Notes under the pieces: model-generated
Database searches by the model: none
Told to the model about the DNA's origin: nothing
The model's input: the letters and a program-made list of their open reading frames with translations, nothing else
Virus record (IMG/VR): IMGVR_UViG_3300024933_000029
Location: 1-64,000 of that record
Reading direction: 5' to 3' (one strand)
Source of the DNA: an uncultured virus (IMG/VR IMGVR_UViG_3300024933_000029)
Taxonomy: Duplodnaviria > Heunggongvirae > Uroviricota > Caudoviricetes
DNA: 64,000 nucleotides
Translations under genes and position numbers: made by a program
Shown: positions 59,853 through 64,000 of the stretch, one piece after another
How positions within the stretch are numbered: the stretch's first letter is position 1
How the letters are laid out: every line of letters starts with the position of its first letter

Positions 59853-61711
59853 CCATCAAAGACGGCGACATCCGCCTACTCGAATCCAAGGTGATGACCG
59901 ATGACGCCAACGGCGGCGGCGGCCCCACGGGCAACGTCATCCCCTGGGGCAAGAGCAATGGCGTCTTCGAGGACATCACAGAAGTGGACCGGGCCGGCGG
60001 CGACGTGTCCATCCGACAGGTGCACGCGGCCGTGCAAACGCCCACCACCGAGCCGCTGATGGACACCAACATCATTGTCTCGGCCGTGCCCAACGATCCG
60101 AATGTGTCCATCACCATCGCGCCCTGCGGCGTATTCGCGCGCCGTACAGAGATTGCTGCCGCTATTGCGGCCTACCTGATACCGGGCACGGAGTGGGGCG
60201 GCTACCTGCTCGAGAATCACGTCCAGGGGCAGGGCTCGATCATGATCTTCCACCGGCCCGGCACGCCAGCGCCGACCATCGGCCGCACACTGATCCTCGT
60301 CTACAACGAAGGGCAGGCCAGCCAGGTGCTGCAGTATGTGCGTGTGCTGCGCGCCGAAACCGAGACCCTGCAGTTTTCCTATTCCAGCGGCGGCGGCTAC
60401 ACGGACTACACCGCCAGCGTCACCACGTGCGAGATCACCCCCCGGCTGCGCAGCGCCTTCCCGGGGTCGCCACCCAACCGTAGCTATGCGGCGGACCCAT
60501 CCAAGACCCGCATCCGGGACACCACCGTCGCAGATGCGGCCAGCTTCTACGGCGCTCAGCCTCTGACGGCAGCGGCGCAGTTGGGCGAGAGCATGCTGCG
60601 GGTGGCCAGCATCTACACCCAGCTGGTGCCCAACTCCCGCACCGAGACTGCGGCGCTGGACCAACGCCCGGCCGGCGTGCGGCAACTGGTGCTCGCCACC
60701 TCGCCTCGCGAGATCCGCGTGCCCAATGCGCCGCACACGCGCCGTATCAAAGTAGGCCAGGAAAACCGCAGTTTCAGCTGGGTGGCTATCCTCAAGCCGT
60801 TCCCGGCGCCAAACACGCTGGTGGTCTCGTTCCAGGTGATGGGCGTCTGGTACACCGCATCCGACAACGGCCAGGGGGAGCTGACGGGATCGGCCGTGGG
60901 CACCGTCAACTATGCGAACGGCTCGGTGTCCGTGACGCTGCCCGCACTGCCAGACGTGGGCAGCTCCATCATCTTCCAGTGGGGTGAGGCCTCGGCCTTC
61001 GTGAACCGCTCCAGTGCCACGGGCTGGCGGCTGCCCGAGCACGCCATGCGCCTGCCGCACCAGGGCATCAAGCCGGGCTCGCTGGTCATCAAATGGCCCT
61101 CTGGCGGCGTCGTGCGCACAGCCACAGGCAACGGCCAGGGTGCGCTACAGGGCGATGCAACAGGCGAAATCAACTACGCCTCGGCCGCGCTGCTGCTGCG
61201 CCCTCAGTTCATGATCGATGCGGGCGGGCAGTTCTTGATCGAGTACGACTACGCGGTGGTCATCAACAAAAACGTCCTAGTCAACCTCGACGCAGGCGGC
61301 TACGGCGCGATCACCCTGGACACCATCCCTGCGCCCGGCACCGTGTCCGTGGGATGGATCACCGTGCGCAATCTCTCGGCCAGCTCCGGCGCCTCATCCG
61401 GTGGCACCTCGGTCTCCAAAAACGGCGGCAGCGGCAAATTCAGCTACCTGCCCCAGGTTCCCCCGGCGCCTGCGCCCGTCATCACCTCGCGCGTGCCGCT
61501 TTCCGATGGCTCGACCACGGGCAAGTACATGGCTCAGGGCGGGGCGCGCGCCAGCGGCGGGGCCGTCTACATCGAGGTCGGCGCCACCAGCTCGCCCGAA
61601 GGCAATCACTACGTGCCGCCTGACGTCGATGGCGTGGTCTGGACCGATGCCGAGTACACGGCGGGCGTCAAGTCGATCGGCGGTGTGGAGTATCGGCGCT
61701 GGGGCGCCTGA
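59849..61711 (+). CDS. Tail tip protein, N-terminal part
   Basis: DIRLLESKVMTDDANGGG...FEDITEVDRAGG. Confidence 0.7.
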   Translation: MTIKDGDIRLLESKVMTDDANGGGGPTGNVIPWGKSNGVFEDITEVDRAGGDVSIRQVHAAVQTPTTEPLMDTNIIVSAVPNDPNVSITIAPCGVFARRTEIAAAIAAYLIPGTEWGGYLLENHVQGQGSIMIFHRPGTPAPTIGRTLILVYNEGQASQVLQYVRVLRAETETLQFSYSSGGGYTDYTASVTTCEITPRLRSAFPGSPPNRSYAADPSKTRIRDTTVADAASFYGAQPLTAAAQLGESMLRVASIYTQLVPNSRTETAALDQRPAGVRQLVLATSPREIRVPNAPHTRRIKVGQENRSFSWVAILKPFPAPNTLVVSFQVMGVWYTASDNGQGELTGSAVGTVNYANGSVSVTLPALPDVGSSIIFQWGEASAFVNRSSATGWRLPEHAMRLPHQGIKPGSLVIKWPSGGVVRTATGNGQGALQGDATGEINYASAALLLRPQFMIDAGGQFLIEYDYAVVINKNVLVNLDAGGYGAITLDTIPAPGTVSVGWITVRNLSASSGASSGGTSVSKNGGSGKFSYLPQVPPAPAPVITSRVPLSDGSTTGKYMAQGGARASGGAVYIEVGATSSPEGNHYVPPDVDGVVWTDAEYTAGVKSIGGVEYRRWGA

Positions 61712-61731
61712 ACAATCAAGGGGGCAGAAAC

Positions 61732-63636
61732 ATGGACGGAGTATCAGTGGGCCGCATATCGGGCGGCGTTGTCATGCAGACAACAAGGACATCGACAAGC
61801 TCGTCTTCGACGCACAGCCGGTCCAGCTATCAGACAAGCAAGACGCAGGACACCGTGCGCCACCTGTTGACCGATGACGGCCAGGGCACGTTCGGCCCGG
61901 ACGGCACCATCAACTACGCGGGCAAGTTCCTCAACATCAAGTTCGTCCAACTGGACAGCAAGACCGAGGGCTACAACAGCGACTACGAAAACGCCCAGAG
62001 TTTTGAAGAGACCACGATGGGCGGCGGCGGTAGTGACCCGAGCTTTTCGACGGTCTCCAAGGGCGGTGATCGCAGCGATACCTCGGTCAGCGAAGAACTG
62101 CTGGCGGCGAGCACCGTAACGGTGACCTATGCCGAGGACTTCGCCAGTGCCCAGCACCACACAATGAATTTCACGCCCGAGCCGGTGGTGCTGGACCTGT
62201 GTCCCTACACCACCGACTACATCGTGCCGGGCAGCGTGCGGTTTCGGTGGATGGGTCATGTCTACGAGGACTACGACGGCGTGCTTGTGCGCGACCGCAC
62301 GTCCACGGCGCTGGGCTTCGTGGCCGGCGCGCTGGACTACTCTAGCGGTGTGGCGCGGATCTTCGACTATGTGGTCGATGGCCCGGCCACCGACCTGGTG
62401 GTCGAGAGCCTGTGGACCGTGCGCCAGAACTGGACCACGGCCAGCATCTTCATGCGCACGGCCGCCGCGCCCATCAAGCCCAGCGGCTTCGTGATGAACC
62501 TCTCCGATGCCACTGGCGAGCAGATCACGGCTTCGGCTGGCATCGACGGCGTTATCTCGGGCACGCACCTGCGCGGCAAGATCGACTACCAGAGCGGCGT
62601 GGTCGAGCTGCAGTTTGGCGACTATGTGTTGGACACCTCGCTGACCCCTGCCCAGAAGACCGAATGGTGGTACTCGGCCGATGATATCGGTGCCGTGCAG
62701 CCGAACCGCATCTGGCGCCCCTGGCCCGTGGACCCGACCACGCTGCGCTACAACAGCGTCAGCTACTTCTATTTGCCGCTGGACGCGGACGTGATCGGCC
62801 TGGACCCCGTGCGGCTGCCGCCCGATGGTCGCGTGCCCATCTACCGCGTGGGCAGCTACATCGTGATCGGCCACACCGGGACGGTCGGCCCCGTCACCGT
62901 AACCAACGGCCAGGTCATCAATTGTGGCCGCGTGCGGCTGTCACGGGCCTATGTCATCGGCGCCGATGGCCAGCGCATCCAGCATGGCTGGAGCGTGGAT
63001 CTGGAGGCCGGCAAGATCACGGTCAGCGACATCTCGGGCTGGGCCCAGCCCGTGACCTTCCAGCACCGCATCGAGGAGATGGCGCGCGTCAGCGATGTGC
63101 AGATCAACGGCATGCTGGCGATCACCAAGCAGCTGAGCCACGAGTTTCCCGTGGGCAGCGTGGTCTCCAGTGCGCTGATGGCAGGAACGCTGCGCGCCCG
63201 CGTCAGCCTGATGTTTGACCAGGCCACTTGGCAGAGCAGGTGGCAGGACACGGTCGACGGCCCCGAGGCCTTGGCCAGCTACAACGACACCATCGCGCCC
63301 CTGGTCGTCACAAATGCCGGCGCGCTGCCCGAGCGCTGGATGTGCCGTTTCTTGAGCGCCACGACCTTTGAATTCATCGGCGAGCACGTGGGCAATCTGG
63401 GCACTGGTTCCACCAACGTCGATTTCGCGCCCATCAACCCGATCAGCGGCGTGCCCTACATCACCATCCGCGCCCTCGGCTGGGGCCAGGGGTGGAGCGC
63501 GGGCAACGTGCTGCGCATCAACACCGAGGGCGGCATCGCCCCCCATGCCCTGATCCGCACCGTGCAGCCCAGCGAGGCCGTGGCCGACGACTACCAGTTC
63601 GAGCACCTTGTGCGCGGCAGCGTCGACCGACCCTGA
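61732..63636 (+). CDS. Tail tip protein, C-terminal part
   Basis: LPLDADVIGLDPVRLPPDGRVPIYR...RGSVDRP. Confidence 0.7.
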   Translation: MDGVSVGRISGGVVMQTTRTSTSSSSTHSRSSYQTSKTQDTVRHLLTDDGQGTFGPDGTINYAGKFLNIKFVQLDSKTEGYNSDYENAQSFEETTMGGGGSDPSFSTVSKGGDRSDTSVSEELLAASTVTVTYAEDFASAQHHTMNFTPEPVVLDLCPYTTDYIVPGSVRFRWMGHVYEDYDGVLVRDRTSTALGFVAGALDYSSGVARIFDYVVDGPATDLVVESLWTVRQNWTTASIFMRTAAAPIKPSGFVMNLSDATGEQITASAGIDGVISGTHLRGKIDYQSGVVELQFGDYVLDTSLTPAQKTEWWYSADDIGAVQPNRIWRPWPVDPTTLRYNSVSYFYLPLDADVIGLDPVRLPPDGRVPIYRVGSYIVIGHTGTVGPVTVTNGQVINCGRVRLSRAYVIGADGQRIQHGWSVDLEAGKITVSDISGWAQPVTFQHRIEEMARVSDVQINGMLAITKQLSHEFPVGSVVSSALMAGTLRARVSLMFDQATWQSRWQDTVDGPEALASYNDTIAPLVVTNAGALPERWMCRFLSATTFEFIGEHVGNLGTGSTNVDFAPINPISGVPYITIRALGWGQGWSAGNVLRINTEGGIAPHALIRTVQPSEAVADDYQFEHLVRGSVDRP

Positions 63637-63653
63637 TTTTTTGGAGATCACCC

Positions 63654-64000
63654 ATGGCATCCCTTGTCGATACCAGCGTCAAGCACTTTCTCTCAACCAT
63701 GTATGGGGCGCCCGTGCAGGCCGGCCAGGTCGGCAGCAAGCTCGCCGTGCTCGACGCCTGCCTGGTCACGGGCTTCGGCCTGCGCGCAGCCACGCGCATC
63801 ACCGTGGTGGCCGGCGTGGCCACAGTGGAATTCACAGCGGGCGCGTCTCTCCCGCCTCCACCCGACAGCGTGCTGCTGATTGATGGCGCCGCGCAGGCCC
63901 TGCTCAACGGCGAGCAGCGGGTGTCCGAGTCTGCCAGTGGCCTTTTCCGGTTTCGCACTGCTGCGCCTGACAGCGTGGACACCGGCGCGGGCATCACTTT
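63654..64000 (+). CDS. Virion structural / fibre protein (partial)
   Basis: MASLVDTSVKHF...VLDACLVTGFG, open to window end. Confidence 0.6.
   Translation, partial: MASLVDTSVKHFLSTMYGAPVQAGQVGSKLAVLDACLVTGFGLRAATRITVVAGVATVEFTAGASLPPPPDSVLLIDGAAQALLNGEQRVSESASGLFRFRTAAPDSVDTGAGIT

Larger units (their letters stand above)
29540..64000. mobile_element. Lambda-like siphoprophage integrated at tRNA-Cys (continues past window)
   Basis: int-xis, early-left arm, cI/cro, primase/helicase, terminase, portal, capsid, tail. Confidence 0.92.

Overview
High-GC betaproteobacterial chromosome window, probably Comamonadaceae or Delftia-like (inferred from the housekeeping proteins, not verified). It has three blocks. 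(1) About 1-22.5 kb, minus strand: a P2/phiCTX-type element with a complete contractile tail, baseplate and lysis set but no portal, terminase, capsid, head-completion or gpS gene. It keeps a repressor switch, Ogr, three conserved late promoters, an intact-looking rolling-circle initiator gpA with its origin, and a LexA-boxed 72-aa gene, so it is a candidate SOS-inducible, replication-capable tailocin. (2) 23.0-29.6 kb: core tig-clpP-clpX-lon plus tRNA-Gly x3 and tRNA-Cys. (3) 29.7 kb to the window end: a lambda-like siphoprophage integrated at tRNA-Cys. It carries a C5 methylase, an orphan ParB with three candidate parS palindromes, a Walker-A-dead copy of its own helicase, a mirror-symmetric iteron origin, terminase genes placed before a Q-like gene, and head and tail genes running off the edge. 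All product calls come from motif and synteny recognition by eye; no database searches were run.
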